Origin: Kiritimatiellia bacterium
Lineage (GTDB): Bacteria > Verrucomicrobiota > Kiritimatiellia > RFP12 > UBA1067
Reading direction: 5' to 3'
Assembly (NCBI GenBank): GCA_017631385.1
Contig: JAGBTH010000140.1
Location: forward strand, 1 to 58,229
DNA: 58,229 bases
The notes under the pieces are model-generated. The model searched no databases. It had not been told where the DNA came from and worked only from the letters and a program-made list of their open reading frames with translations. A program made the position numbers and the translations under genes. Numbering within the stretch: position 1 is the stretch's first letter; every line of letters begins with the position of its first letter. Shown in pieces: positions 8,157 through 17,844 of this stretch.

Positions 8157-8335
8157 TCCGTACCCTCCCTACCCGGCTGGTCGGCTGAAGATTCATAAAC
8201 ATCCACCACCTGCTTATAAAGCCGGAGCCGACGTGCAGCCTCATCCAGAAGCTCCGCTATATGGTAGAGAACTCCATCTCGCCAGAGCATCTTTGCTGTT
8301 TTTTCCAGCTTTTCGATTAATTCATTGGTATCCAT
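8153..8335 (-). CDS. hypothetical protein (60 aa)
   Basis: ORF coupled to its neighbours. Confidence 0.5.
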   Translation of the reverse strand: MDTNELIEKLEKTAKMLWRDGVLYHIAELLDEAARRLRLYKQVVDVYESSADQPGREGTE

Positions 8336-8337
8336 TG

Positions 8338-8682
8338 TTATTCCTCCATTTCGGATTCTGTGATATATCTGTATCTGCGTCCTTTGTAGGGCTGACCGGT
8401 TCTACAAGCTTCATATATGCTAGACTCGTAAGCATCCACGGCGTGATCCGCGGCGCTCTTAGCGCTTATGAATATCTGGATAATATTGCCCTTCTCGTCG
8501 ATTAAAGCGACGTGCTTATGTTTCTTGATCGGCTTCACCTTATGGTCGTCGCGGTGATTAAAGCAAGTCCAAGAGCAGTACATTCTTTTACGACTGTCCG
8601 TATATACGTGCTCGGGAGTCGGATAGAATTCCTTGCCACACATCGGACAGAATCGAGTTACAAAATTTTTCTTACCTGGCAT
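8338..8682 (-). CDS. zinc-ribbon plus homing-endonuclease-type DNA-binding-domain protein (114 aa)
   Basis: CPMCGKEF...CSWTCF. The segment VALIDEKGNIIQIFISAKSAADHAVDAYESSIYEACRTGQPYKGRRYRY resembles NUMOD/IENR-type modules. Start trimmed to MPGKK, which has RBS AAGAGG. Confidence 0.55.
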   Translation of the reverse strand: MPGKKNFVTRFCPMCGKEFYPTPEHVYTDSRKRMYCSWTCFNHRDDHKVKPIKKHKHVALIDEKGNIIQIFISAKSAADHAVDAYESSIYEACRTGQPYKGRRYRYITESEMEE

Positions 8683-8687
8683 TTTTC

Positions 8688-8810
8688 TTAACCTCTTATT
8701 TGCATTATTAGAATATAAATGGCTAGGGCGAAACAGTAGAGCCCCGCTAAAATGACGGCGCCACCAGCTATCGCCATAACGCATGAGAATATGATGTCAA
8801 GTGTGGTCAT
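8688..8810 (-). CDS. 40-aa single-pass membrane peptide (not in the ORF track)
   Basis: GGAGGT directly upstream. Translation: MTTLDIIFSCVMAIAGGAVILAGLYCFALAIYILIMQIRG. ATGA overlap with the stop of 8807..9019. Confidence 0.45.
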   Translation of the reverse strand: MTTLDIIFSCVMAIAGGAVILAGLYCFALAIYILIMQIRG

Positions 8811-9019
8811 ACCTCCATGATCCTTTCCGCTATATTGTTTAATAAACAGAACACTTCCGAAACAGACACCTTAGTCTTGTCGGTATACGTTCCGAAGTGT
8901 AGCTCGAAAGTTTCTCGCATTTTTAGAATAGTTTCGAGTTTTGCCTCTCGCATTGCTCTAGCTCTCCCCGCCTCATAACCGTTGCGATATGCCGTTTCCG
9001 CTTTGTCGGGTGTGTACAT
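8807..9019 (-). CDS. hypothetical protein (70 aa)
   Basis: ORF with RBS. Confidence 0.55.
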   Translation of the reverse strand: MYTPDKAETAYRNGYEAGRARAMREAKLETILKMRETFELHFGTYTDKTKVSVSEVFCLLNNIAERIMEV

Positions 9020-9032
9020 GTTAAATCCTCGC

Positions 9033-9434
9033 TTAATGATTTATATCAATGTCGGGTAGCGCGCCATAGAATTTGATCTTGTAATGATAAGGGTCGGTAG
9101 TTGTTCCGGTGATATCTTCAACCACGTAGATTACATACTCGTTGAGATATACATAGTTTTTCTTATACTCGTTCGCGCCCGTTTTGCAGGTAACAACAAG
9201 CTCGCGCGTAGAATTATTGGACAGACTCATGTAGCCTTCCAGCTCCATAACGATAAGATCCGTTCTAGCATTGTAAACCGTAATCTTTCTAGTCACCTGG
9301 AAATTGTCCGCAGCCTGGGATAAGTTATGATTAACGTTATCTGCCGCGGTGCAGGACGATAAGGAGTACATCATGGCGATGCCCCCGAGTGTGATGAAGA
9401 TGTACCAAAGTAATGCGGAAATAATGCTTTTCAT
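9033..9434 (-). CDS. putative lipoprotein
   Basis: Signal peptide with a lipobox-like LSSC (MKSIISALLWYIFITLGGIAMMYSLSSC). Confidence 0.6.
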   Translation of the reverse strand: MKSIISALLWYIFITLGGIAMMYSLSSCTAADNVNHNLSQAADNFQVTRKITVYNARTDLIVMELEGYMSLSNNSTRELVVTCKTGANEYKKNYVYLNEYVIYVVEDITGTTTDPYHYKIKFYGALPDIDINH

Positions 9435-9454
9435 AATTTTTACCTTTCTTTTTT

Positions 9455-9497
9455 TTTCAAAATAAAAGAGAAGACACCGTGTTGATGTCCTCTCTCG
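9455..9497 (-). terminator. rho-independent terminator
   Basis: Minus strand: AGAGAGGACA-loop-TGTCTTCTCT + TTTATTTT. Confidence 0.65.
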
Positions 9498-9502
9498 AAA
9501 AC

Positions 9503-9718
9503 TTAACTTCTCAGATATTCTTTGTCTCGCTTCTCGATTAATTCTCGTGCCTCTTTTCGAGATAAGCCAACAAATTCGCTCTCGGTAAATGATAGTTCGT
9601 CAGGATAATATACTCCTAAACAATAATCATGCGAACCATCATCAAACCAAACAGCTATGAACTGTTGTCTTATGTTCTTCCATATCTCGCATTTAATAAT
9701 AATACTTTCGTCGCTCAT
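9503..9718 (-). CDS. hypothetical protein (71 aa)
   Basis: ORF behind the motif at 9748..9776. RBS AAAGGAG. Confidence 0.6.
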   Translation of the reverse strand: MSDESIIIKCEIWKNIRQQFIAVWFDDGSHDYCLGVYYPDELSFTESEFVGLSRKEARELIEKRDKEYLRS

Positions 9719-9747
9719 TTTTGAAATCTCCTTTATTGTTTTTAGTT

Positions 9748-9776
9748 TTCATAAAGGAGTGTGTTTGCGACGCGAA
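9748..9776 (-). promoter_or_regulatory. tripartite promoter-like motif, copy 2
   Basis: Minus strand: TTCGCG-TCGCAAACACACTCCTT-TATGAA. Confidence 0.6.
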
Positions 9777-9782
9777 TATAAG

Positions 9783-11030
9783 TCACCACTTGACGTACTT
9801 ACTCTCATTGAAGTTTTTCTTGTCACGAAGCGCGCGACTAATCATTAAATCGATACCGGAACGAGATTTCAGATGATAGTAATACAGATCCTTAAAAGGA
9901 GTGTTTAATCTATCAATTCGACCGGCGGACTGCTGCATGATTTTATACGAATAATTCTGAGAATAGAAGACGATCGTATCTGTCGTTATACAATTCCAAC
10001 CCTCGGCTCCAGCGGTATACTGAACTAAATATACCCAGGTTTTACTCTCTGGTACCGGTTGATGTTTGTGACCATTCCACTCGGCTACATCAACGCCCGT
10101 GTTACTAAATATCTCTTTCAGTATTTCGAGCTCGTAGTCGAAGTTGTAGAATATGATCATTTTGGGATGTTTTTCGAATACCTCGAGCAGTGCTACTTGT
10201 CTGGATTGATCGCTGTTTACGATCCTACGCCAAACGTAACACAGCTCGGAAGCATTCTTAATCGGTGCGGGACGTTCTGATCCGTCCGGCCAAATCATAG
10301 TTTTAAAAGGATTTTTTCGTTCTTTAGTAACGTCTCTATATCTTTCGAGATCATACCGAACATATACATCCTCATGGTGCGACACGGTTCCTCTTTCGAA
10401 CTCCATGTCTACCAAGATTTGATTTCGCTGACGGATTAGACGACCAGTATTTACATATCGATCTATCTTCGGATACTTGGAGAAACGAGAATATACAACG
10501 TGTTCGTCTATGAATTCTTGCTTTGTCTTGTAGAACCCATTAGCTCGGAACACCGGAATATAATCCGTCCAAGTATCGCCAGGAGTGGCGGATAGTAGAA
10601 TCCACTTATTTTTTTTCGCTATCTTTAGGAAAGCTTTAACCCACGCTCCTGATCCAACCACACGCTGCTCGTCAAATATAAAGAATGCTCCGTAGACATT
10701 CGAATATTTTTTGATGTTGTTCCAAGAGTCTATAACCACATTTAAACTCTTGTAATAGGTGAGCTCTGGGTCTGGAGATATAAGGAATGGTGTGAGTTCT
10801 CCTTCCCATTCCCTAGTATCTCTTTTTCTAGCAGTGGTGATTATGTATAGATCTCTAGGATTGGTCATGGGTGAATATCGTTTGGGGTCTTCGATACCGC
10901 CTCCGCATTCACGGAAGTAATATGCGATAGCGGTTCTAGATTTACCGGAACCGACTCCTCCGCACAATATACACCCATTTTTCATTTCATTGACGGCTTT
11001 TAACTGATAATCTCGTAGATTAATAGCCAC
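9783..11030 (-). CDS. SF2 (DEAD/SNF2-like) helicase
   Basis: LRDYQ, Walker A GGVGSGKS, Walker B FIFDEQ, LLSATPG and motif VI QQSAGRIDR. Confidence 0.8.
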   Translation of the reverse strand: MAINLRDYQLKAVNEMKNGCILCGGVGSGKSRTAIAYYFRECGGGIEDPKRYSPMTNPRDLYIITTARKRDTREWEGELTPFLISPDPELTYYKSLNVVIDSWNNIKKYSNVYGAFFIFDEQRVVGSGAWVKAFLKIAKKNKWILLSATPGDTWTDYIPVFRANGFYKTKQEFIDEHVVYSRFSKYPKIDRYVNTGRLIRQRNQILVDMEFERGTVSHHEDVYVRYDLERYRDVTKERKNPFKTMIWPDGSERPAPIKNASELCYVWRRIVNSDQSRQVALLEVFEKHPKMIIFYNFDYELEILKEIFSNTGVDVAEWNGHKHQPVPESKTWVYLVQYTAGAEGWNCITTDTIVFYSQNYSYKIMQQSAGRIDRLNTPFKDLYYYHLKSRSGIDLMISRALRDKKNFNESKYVKW

Positions 11031-11040
11031 TAAGCATCAC

Positions 11041-11994
11041 TTATCCTTTGTCGAGAGCCTCGCCAAGATCGCCGATGGCTGCTTCTATAGCCTCGATCAT
11101 CTCAGCCTTGGTCGTTCTCTTTTTATTGAATATCTTAGTGAGTGCATCGTAGGCGTTGTTAACGTTTGTTCTTGCGGCTGTTGTGGTGATTTCGTCAACC
11201 TTCGCGTCATTGTCGTTGACCGCAGCCTTATAGAGAGCCTTAGCCTGTCTTCTGGACATAATGCTGTCAGCCTGGATCTTCTGGATAAAGCACTCTCTTA
11301 TGATATCGTTGAATTTGTTTCCGTTACCGTAAACCTTCTTAGCGATACACATAACGATACCTACCTCGGGATTGTAAGTATCGCCGGACTGAGCCTTAAC
11401 TACAGTCTTAGAGCCATCCGCCCAGATTACGATCGTCGCGGGGTTGTTGAATATAACCTTCTCGATCTCAGGAATGTTGGCGTAGTAACCCTTTACCGGT
11501 TTAGAGTTGGAGCACATCTTAGTGTACGCGGCGTACTTCATGGTGGAGGGCGCGGGCTCCTCGCATCTTATAATGATCTGATCAGGTACAAAAGGGTCGC
11601 CTCTCTTAACGTCGATGGTCTTAGGGGTGATTACCTTATCTCCTATAACTACTTTGAGGTTTGCGAAATCGTAAGTATTCATTTTTTTCTCACTTTCTTT
11701 TATACATTTTACTATTGTTTCCTGTATTGGATTAGATTTGGGCCATTTGAGGGCCGGCCATTTTTGTCTCTCGGCATCGGGTTGGATCTTTAACTTATTT
11801 GTTTCGTCGGAGTCGATCCAGACCGCACGCCAATTATCGCGATGAGCCATCTCACTGTTTGTCGATACGGTGTTGCCAGTATGGCCTATCCCACACGGTA
11901 TTCCTAACGTGCGTTCTATATCATTTTTGATATACGCTGCCGCCTTAGCGATTTTACTATCGAGATAAGCTGTAGTTACAAAATCCGCCATCAC
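11041..11994 (-). CDS. hypothetical protein (317 aa)
   Basis: Long ORF. An internal RBS-like site before MNTYDF means that two products cannot be excluded. Confidence 0.55.
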   Translation of the reverse strand: MMADFVTTAYLDSKIAKAAAYIKNDIERTLGIPCGIGHTGNTVSTNSEMAHRDNWRAVWIDSDETNKLKIQPDAERQKWPALKWPKSNPIQETIVKCIKESEKKMNTYDFANLKVVIGDKVITPKTIDVKRGDPFVPDQIIIRCEEPAPSTMKYAAYTKMCSNSKPVKGYYANIPEIEKVIFNNPATIVIWADGSKTVVKAQSGDTYNPEVGIVMCIAKKVYGNGNKFNDIIRECFIQKIQADSIMSRRQAKALYKAAVNDNDAKVDEITTTAARTNVNNAYDALTKIFNKKRTTKAEMIEAIEAAIGDLGEALDKG

Positions 11995-12155
11995 TTCGTA
12001 TCCTCGTCTTTCTTATAATTAACGGGTTTGTGCGAATATAGGTTTTCCGGAGTCCCTAAGCACTCGTTGCACGGATCTTCCGAACCACTGTCATCTTTAT
12101 GTATACAGGTCTTACAATACTCGTGGAAATATACTTCCTTATATTGATCTTCCAT
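11991..12155 (-). CDS. small Cys-rich (zinc-finger-like) protein
   Basis: CKTC...CNEC. Start trimmed to MEDQYKE (RBS AAAGGAG), because the longer ORF would overlap the terminator at 12172..12211. Confidence 0.5.
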   Translation of the reverse strand: MEDQYKEVYFHEYCKTCIHKDDSGSEDPCNECLGTPENLYSHKPVNYKKDEDTK

Positions 12156-12171
12156 AGTTTTCTCCTTTATA

Positions 12172-12211
12172 AATAGTAAAAGAGAAGACACCGAATCGAT
12201 GCCTCCTCTTT
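12172..12211 (-). terminator. rho-independent terminator
   Basis: Minus strand: AAGAGGAGGCA-loop-TGTCTTCTCTT + TTACTATTT. Confidence 0.55.
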
Positions 12212-12224
12212 TGTGGTGGTAACC

Positions 12225-12797
12225 TTACATCTCGGGATATCTCTCTGCGAAACGGTCGATTTCCTGAACGACGTGCATGTTCTGTAAATATGCAGTACGT
12301 CCCTTCGAACCGTTAACCTCCCAGTCATAAGGTCTGATGTCGAGGTCTACGCCGAGAATATCAATGTCGTCAAGGCAGTCAATACTTTCCTCGTCGAGAG
12401 TAACGGGAGTACTTCTGCTGGACTTGAGATATATAACGGGACCTCTGTCGTTGAATTTGATCTTTACGGGAAGGAACATGAAAGGCGTGTCGCCCTCTTC
12501 ACGAGGAGGCTTAATCTTGATATTCCAACCAAGATCACTGAGAATATCAGCCACCTTTTCTGCCTCAACCCAACGAAGACGCGCGTCAAAGCGATCGTCG
12601 ATTACGTCTTCGAATTCGATTTCGTTTTCGATAAGAAACTTTCTATCGATGAGAGCGTCTGTGATGAGTAACGCGAAGTTACGATCTCCCTCTCGATTAA
12701 ATCTTGACTGACGGCCCGCAAAGTTTCTATAAGAACCGCCTACGAGTTTAGCGTCGTCAATCTGTAAAATGCCTCTAGGTGCAAATTCAATATGCAT
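12225..12797 (-). CDS. possible ssDNA-binding protein (T7 gp2.5-like) next to the replicase
   Basis: The function call rests on position beside the replicase and on a loose resemblance of DLDIRPYDWEVNGSKGRTAYLQNMHVV to the gp2.5-type C-terminal strand. The ORF itself is solid. Confidence 0.4.
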   Translation of the reverse strand: MHIEFAPRGILQIDDAKLVGGSYRNFAGRQSRFNREGDRNFALLITDALIDRKFLIENEIEFEDVIDDRFDARLRWVEAEKVADILSDLGWNIKIKPPREEGDTPFMFLPVKIKFNDRGPVIYLKSSRSTPVTLDEESIDCLDDIDILGVDLDIRPYDWEVNGSKGRTAYLQNMHVVQEIDRFAERYPEM

Positions 12798-12820
12798 TCT
12801 GTTTTTCTCCTTTTGAATTA

Positions 12821-15800
12821 TTAGTTTTTAGGTACAATTTTTCCACCCACGAACGGTGGTGAAATATAAGGCTCGTCGGAAACGAACCAATAGAAATCGC
12901 CGTACTTACCTATTGCGTCGATAGCGGCGTCTACCAACTTGTCATAATATGATCTATCGATGTCGGCTTCTTTTCCGGCATTCTTGACCATCTCTGACTC
13001 GAGCCAACGATAACCCTTCGATCCGGTTGCGGCTGAGAATTTGACATTACCGTCTCGATCCTTACCCTCACGAAGAAGCTCTCCGCCTCCGCATCCAGGC
13101 TTGATGGGACAGAAACTACCAACCTTTCCTACGAACTGATAGTCGTGGTCGTCCGCGAGAGTCTCGTTAAGATCCAAATATAGCGCCGAGCTTACGGATT
13201 TGGTCTCACACATATCAGTGAACTCTATAGGTTCTTTACTAAAGAGTTTCTTAAATACATATGGAACCTGGAACTGCGTACCGGTTGCGGTCCACTGTCC
13301 AGCTTCTTTACCGTCCTTATACTTGGCGATATATACCGCATCATTAACCAGACACATCCTATCGTAAGTAGCCTCATGCTCGAATGTGTAGCCGTACTGC
13401 TTACCATAGTCCATGATAAACTGAATTATCTCAGGGGTCGCATCGGGAATCTTGATCGAATCCGTCTTAATATGAGCCACGGTGTATCCTCTACTCTGAA
13501 CCTCGTGCTTAAGGTTGATCATGAACAGAGCTCCACGCTTGGCTACGATATTATCGATATTTCTGGGATCGCGGAACGGATTATCAAACGCGGCTGAGGT
13601 CAGACCGTAAACCGAGTTGATGGCGATCTTCAGCGCCTGAGCCAGATCCTTTGCTTTAGATTCGTCGTCCAAATATGGAGCGAGCTTGCCGTCCAGCATA
13701 GCTCTAGCCTTGTCGAACTCGCCGTGTTTTATTGCCACGCGAGCGTCTCTTATTTCCTGGAACCGCCTGGTGTACTCTGCGCCAAATAACTGCTCGGCAA
13801 TAATGCTAGCCGGATGCATCGAAGCAATATCCAGCAGCGCTACGTTACCGTACATACCCGGCTCAGAATATACGTAGCCACCCTCGCCTACTTCTTCTCC
13901 GCGATATATGGATTTACCGTTTTCGAATTTGTATCCGGGGAATATGGGTCTTCCGTCCTTGTCGAATACTGTGTAACCGTCTCCGAACTGGTTGTACCAT
14001 ACGTCATCGTCGGTCATGGTGAACCTATAGTGCTCCTCGGGCATTTCTCCCATATTTCTATAGTTGAATTGATCCTGAGGGTTGCGGTTGTTACCAAATA
14101 TAATTCTGGTAGTCAGAGAGTTCGTGGTGTCATTAACACACATGCCAGCCACATCGGCTAGAATCTGTCTAGCGATGAAATCGGCTTTGAGGTGGTTAAA
14201 TACCTTCTCGGTCGCAATAACGTCGTTATCACAATATTCCGCAACTTTGGTCCACATCGACTCCGGTACCGGCTTATCCCACGGTAAACCTAACTCTTGG
14301 TGGTGTATACCCAGCTCAATCTCCCATTTTTTCAGGGATTGCTTGGTGGCAGCAAAGTCGTAAACGTCCGTATACGATAAGTTATAAGCCTCTCCAAAGA
14401 ATGCGTTCTTACTTCCGCTAATTATCTTTTGAGATAGACCGTATAACTGCTCGTTCGTATAACCCATGAGTCGAGCGTAGAGAATATGATTATCGTATCG
14501 TCTACAGTTGAATCCTACCAACCTGAACTTCAGAATATCTTCGATTTCAGAAGGACTCGGGTTGATCATTCGAACAACCGGCTTTCCTTCACCCTCGACC
14601 TTCCAGTTGACCAGGAATAAGTTCGGGAATACCTCGACGTCGTAGAACACGAGCATCGCATTGTCGTTTCGTACGTTTTCAGAAGGGTCGTCTGATTTGA
14701 ATTGCATCTTGTTTACCAACTTGATACAATATTCGGCCTGATTGGTACTGTTTGCGGCAAACGCAAATATGGCATTGCGCATATCGGAAACGTCGTACTT
14801 CAAGCCATTTGCGTGAGCGTCTTCTAATATCTTATAGATAAAGTCGATACTCGGTTTGGTCCCAGGATGAATCTCTTTGTTAAGATTTCTCTTAATGAGA
14901 GTCCTAAGGCCTTTTTCGCTTTGAATAGCTTCGAAATTGACCAACTTACCATCTCCTTTCAGCGGTAATCCGGAGCTGATCGTAGCGATCGGTAAGTCGT
15001 TGCACTTAGTAAGCATTCGTCTCAGTGAGCTCTTCCCACTGAACACTTTTACTTCTATATGATCGTCATATATGCTGCTAAGCTTAGTGGGGTCACCAGA
15101 GTAAATATAATGAAGATGTATACCTTGGCCGCTTTTACTTACCTCGGCGTACGTAGGCGGCCATTTACTAGCCTCTTCAAGATTTTTTTCGAAGCACTTA
15201 TTGCCGTTTTCGTCCGGAATATCAAAGTCTATAACAATATGGTTTTCGGGAACCTTTACGAAGTGGAGCCTGGAGGTATCCAAATCTTTTAGGGCGGTGG
15301 TAACATTGTCCCACTTCTTGAATGGCGTCCCTTTTTCACTGGCGTATTGCGCTGGACAATCGACGCATTCAGCATCCAATATAGACTCTATCTCCTCGAA
15401 TCGAATACGCGTATCGGTAGATTTCTCCTTCTTACCTTTGGTTTGGGTGGTTTCAAATTTATCAGTCCTGAAACCGCTATAATAGCTGCGGACTCGAGAA
15501 CCGTCGTCCAGGTTAAACCTATCGTTGAACTCCCAAAAATAGTTTTTAAGCTCTTCTTTAAAGCTTCTTTGTGATAACGGATAAGGAACCTTCGCGTCAT
15601 CACAATATGTTTTGTACATTTCCCAGGCGGCCTTGAGTGTCGTGCCGTCCTCTTTTTTGAATACGTGATACGAGTCGATAACATAGTTGTAGAAATCGTT
15701 AGAAGCGCCAAGCATAGCTACGGGAATATAATTGTCGTACTTACCCGGATCGTCCAAATATATTTCCTTACAATGCCAAGCTATATGTCCTAACTCGAAC

Positions 15801-16777
15801 GCAACCTGCTTCATTATCGTACTGTATTCTTTAGGGTTTAATTTTTTACCAGACGGAGTTACGTCGATAAGCCTTCGTATAAGACCCGACTTCGCGTCCG
15901 TAATTTTTACCGGTTTATTCGTACCCATAAATAAGAAGCTCATGAAGCGGGTTGTATACCGGCCTTTGAACTTCTCATTAACAGTCATTTCTTCGTGAGA
16001 AACTAAACTGTTTAGTCTAGTGTTGTCTTCTATCCTAGATAGATCTCCATCGTGCTGAATTGCTACTAATGGGTTGGTTTTAAATGCTTCCAACGCGAAT
16101 TGGTCGCTACCCGAACCCAGGGCCCTAGCATCAAATACCGAATAATATCCCTCAAATAGTTGCTGAATAATATTCAAGATAGTCGATTTACCAGTTCCGG
16201 CGGCACCATATAGAACCATGAATTTCTGTAGATATTTCGATTCTCCAGATATAATTGAACCTATAGCCCACTCTATCTTATGTCTCTCTTCTTCTGAATA
16301 TAAAGTAGATATAAGCTTGTCATAAGCCGTAATAGGTCCGGGTTCTAATGGATAGCTAAGCCGTTTGCTGGCGTAATCTTTTTTATTAGTATCGTCGTTC
16401 GAGAATACGAGTTTTTCATCCAATGGTCGGAAAGAATCCCTCATCTGTTTCTGACAATACTTATGCCACTTATCGATCATTCCACTGTCGGCGTCACACA
16501 TATGCATGACCCTGACGGTGCCTTCGAATTTGTGCTTATTTTCTTTGTAATAAGCGTCAAGTTCTCGGTCGATAAGTTGCAAAGCATCTTGTTCTTTTGT
16601 GGACCATAAACCAAGATCTTCGAGCCAAATCGCATAAAAGTCGCGGCCTCGAATCATTAGATCAGAACTTTCACAAATCATAAACTTTGGATAGATTTCA
16701 TAGACATCACGTTTTGGTGAGCGCGTTGAAATCTTCAAAAAGTCGATCATTTCATCCCCAATACTCCTTTCATGCAA
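12821..16777 (-). CDS. fusion replicase: SF3 (D5/P4-type) helicase + AEP prim-pol domain + family B DNA polymerase
   Basis: Helicase: GAAGTGKST, IQHDGD, FLFMGTN. AEP: HIVIDFD, SGQGIHLHY. Exonuclease: FYDVEVF, RRYDNHIL, YCDNDV. Polymerase: LDIASMHPAS, KIAINSVYG, IKTDSI. Confidence 0.9.
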   Translation of the reverse strand: MHERSIGDEMIDFLKISTRSPKRDVYEIYPKFMICESSDLMIRGRDFYAIWLEDLGLWSTKEQDALQLIDRELDAYYKENKHKFEGTVRVMHMCDADSGMIDKWHKYCQKQMRDSFRPLDEKLVFSNDDTNKKDYASKRLSYPLEPGPITAYDKLISTLYSEEERHKIEWAIGSIISGESKYLQKFMVLYGAAGTGKSTILNIIQQLFEGYYSVFDARALGSGSDQFALEAFKTNPLVAIQHDGDLSRIEDNTRLNSLVSHEEMTVNEKFKGRYTTRFMSFLFMGTNKPVKITDAKSGLIRRLIDVTPSGKKLNPKEYSTIMKQVAFELGHIAWHCKEIYLDDPGKYDNYIPVAMLGASNDFYNYVIDSYHVFKKEDGTTLKAAWEMYKTYCDDAKVPYPLSQRSFKEELKNYFWEFNDRFNLDDGSRVRSYYSGFRTDKFETTQTKGKKEKSTDTRIRFEEIESILDAECVDCPAQYASEKGTPFKKWDNVTTALKDLDTSRLHFVKVPENHIVIDFDIPDENGNKCFEKNLEEASKWPPTYAEVSKSGQGIHLHYIYSGDPTKLSSIYDDHIEVKVFSGKSSLRRMLTKCNDLPIATISSGLPLKGDGKLVNFEAIQSEKGLRTLIKRNLNKEIHPGTKPSIDFIYKILEDAHANGLKYDVSDMRNAIFAFAANSTNQAEYCIKLVNKMQFKSDDPSENVRNDNAMLVFYDVEVFPNLFLVNWKVEGEGKPVVRMINPSPSEIEDILKFRLVGFNCRRYDNHILYARLMGYTNEQLYGLSQKIISGSKNAFFGEAYNLSYTDVYDFAATKQSLKKWEIELGIHHQELGLPWDKPVPESMWTKVAEYCDNDVIATEKVFNHLKADFIARQILADVAGMCVNDTTNSLTTRIIFGNNRNPQDQFNYRNMGEMPEEHYRFTMTDDDVWYNQFGDGYTVFDKDGRPIFPGYKFENGKSIYRGEEVGEGGYVYSEPGMYGNVALLDIASMHPASIIAEQLFGAEYTRRFQEIRDARVAIKHGEFDKARAMLDGKLAPYLDDESKAKDLAQALKIAINSVYGLTSAAFDNPFRDPRNIDNIVAKRGALFMINLKHEVQSRGYTVAHIKTDSIKIPDATPEIIQFIMDYGKQYGYTFEHEATYDRMCLVNDAVYIAKYKDGKEAGQWTATGTQFQVPYVFKKLFSKEPIEFTDMCETKSVSSALYLDLNETLADDHDYQFVGKVGSFCPIKPGCGGGELLREGKDRDGNVKFSAATGSKGYRWLESEMVKNAGKEADIDRSYYDKLVDAAIDAIGKYGDFYWFVSDEPYISPPFVGGKIVPKN

Positions 16778-16780
16778 TTA

Positions 16781-17290
16781 TTAAACGATGGTATCTAGAT
16801 ACCAACAAAGCTGCTGCCATATTTCCAGATTACGCAAGTCGCGATTACAGTCTCTGACAGTGAATAAGCCACCAGTACCATCAGGTTCGTAGTTCCGATC
16901 GAGAAATCGGTCGATGACAAAGTTGACCCAATCCTCGTCGTAATTATCATCCGTCATATCACCAAGATCTAGGTTCGTGATCATACCCCAAAACCATTGT
17001 CTAGTTCTATCTCCGAATTGAGGGTCGTCCATAATCGTTTCTTCACAACGGATGGCCAAAGCGACCATCATTTCCAAAACGCTACAAGGTTTGTCGTAGT
17101 CGAAATATGGATCAAATCGTCGCCTTAAATCCAAACCGTCATCTGCTCTGTTGCGGTCTCTCGGTAGCGAATATCTGAAACGTATAGCGTGTAGACGAGT
17201 TAAAAGTTTCCTGAAAGAAATTTGTTCGGAATATCTTTTTCCGCATACTAAATCGAATAACCAGTTGAAATATTCGTCTTTAGTATTCAC
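16781..17290 (-). CDS. hypothetical protein (169 aa)
   Basis: ORF tightly coupled to the replicase gene. Confidence 0.6.
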   Translation of the reverse strand: MNTKDEYFNWLFDLVCGKRYSEQISFRKLLTRLHAIRFRYSLPRDRNRADDGLDLRRRFDPYFDYDKPCSVLEMMVALAIRCEETIMDDPQFGDRTRQWFWGMITNLDLGDMTDDNYDEDWVNFVIDRFLDRNYEPDGTGGLFTVRDCNRDLRNLEIWQQLCWYLDTIV

Positions 17291-17292
17291 CG

Positions 17293-17841
17293 TTATTCCT
17301 CGTCGCTATTGTAGTTTCTAGAATCGTATAAGATTTCGTAATCGTGCTTGGTCGCGTCGTTTCTGATAAATACAGAATCAGCCTCATACTCACCGAAATG
17401 CTCAGCGTAGTCTTCACCTACGGTTCCGTCGATATCGTCAACACGCTCGTCGCTCTCGTCCACAAGAACGCCGTCAGCATAGTGTGTGAACGTCTCTATT
17501 TCGTAATCGTCGTTCTCTCCGAATTCCTCGGGTGAGATCACATAGGGTTCGTCGTATATTTTTTCGTCTCTCACGGGCTCGTCGTCTCCTTTCTCAGATT
17601 CCTCAGAAGGGAGCTCATCGTCCTCGACCGTGTTGTATGCTCCTGCGAGAATTGCAGCCTGCTCCCTCTCATATTCTGCTTCCTCATATGCACGCTTTTT
17701 TTCAGAAAATATCTTTTTGACAGACTCGATCTCCTCGTCTGCGATACGTTCGTACTCGGCCTTGATGAGCTTCTGAGTGACGAGAGAGCCGATGGCGGCT
17801 CCCGCTGAAAATGCAAATATGCAAAGTAACTTGTTACTCAT
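17293..17841 (-). CDS. membrane-anchored, highly acidic protein
   Basis: N-terminal hydrophobic helix followed by a D/E-rich body. Confidence 0.6.
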   Translation of the reverse strand: MSNKLLCIFAFSAGAAIGSLVTQKLIKAEYERIADEEIESVKKIFSEKKRAYEEAEYEREQAAILAGAYNTVEDDELPSEESEKGDDEPVRDEKIYDEPYVISPEEFGENDDYEIETFTHYADGVLVDESDERVDDIDGTVGEDYAEHFGEYEADSVFIRNDATKHDYEILYDSRNYNSDEE

Positions 17842-17844
17842 TTT

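Noticed and set aside
8683-8784. N-terminal extensions of several track ORFs (8338..8784, 11991..12191, 20149..20577, 24542..24793, 25035..25268, 43935..45728, 50725..51090, 51069..51542)
   Set aside because: The extended parts overlap terminators, motif copies or neighbouring genes and lack an SD sequence. In each case an internal ATG has a good GGAGG-type RBS, so the starts were trimmed.
16816-16845. Eleventh copy of the tripartite motif (ATCGCG-N18-TATGGC) inside the 3' end of 16781..17290, upstream of the replicase gene
   Set aside because: The spacer is 18 nt, not 17, and the conserved CA is out of register. It is kept only as a weak candidate.
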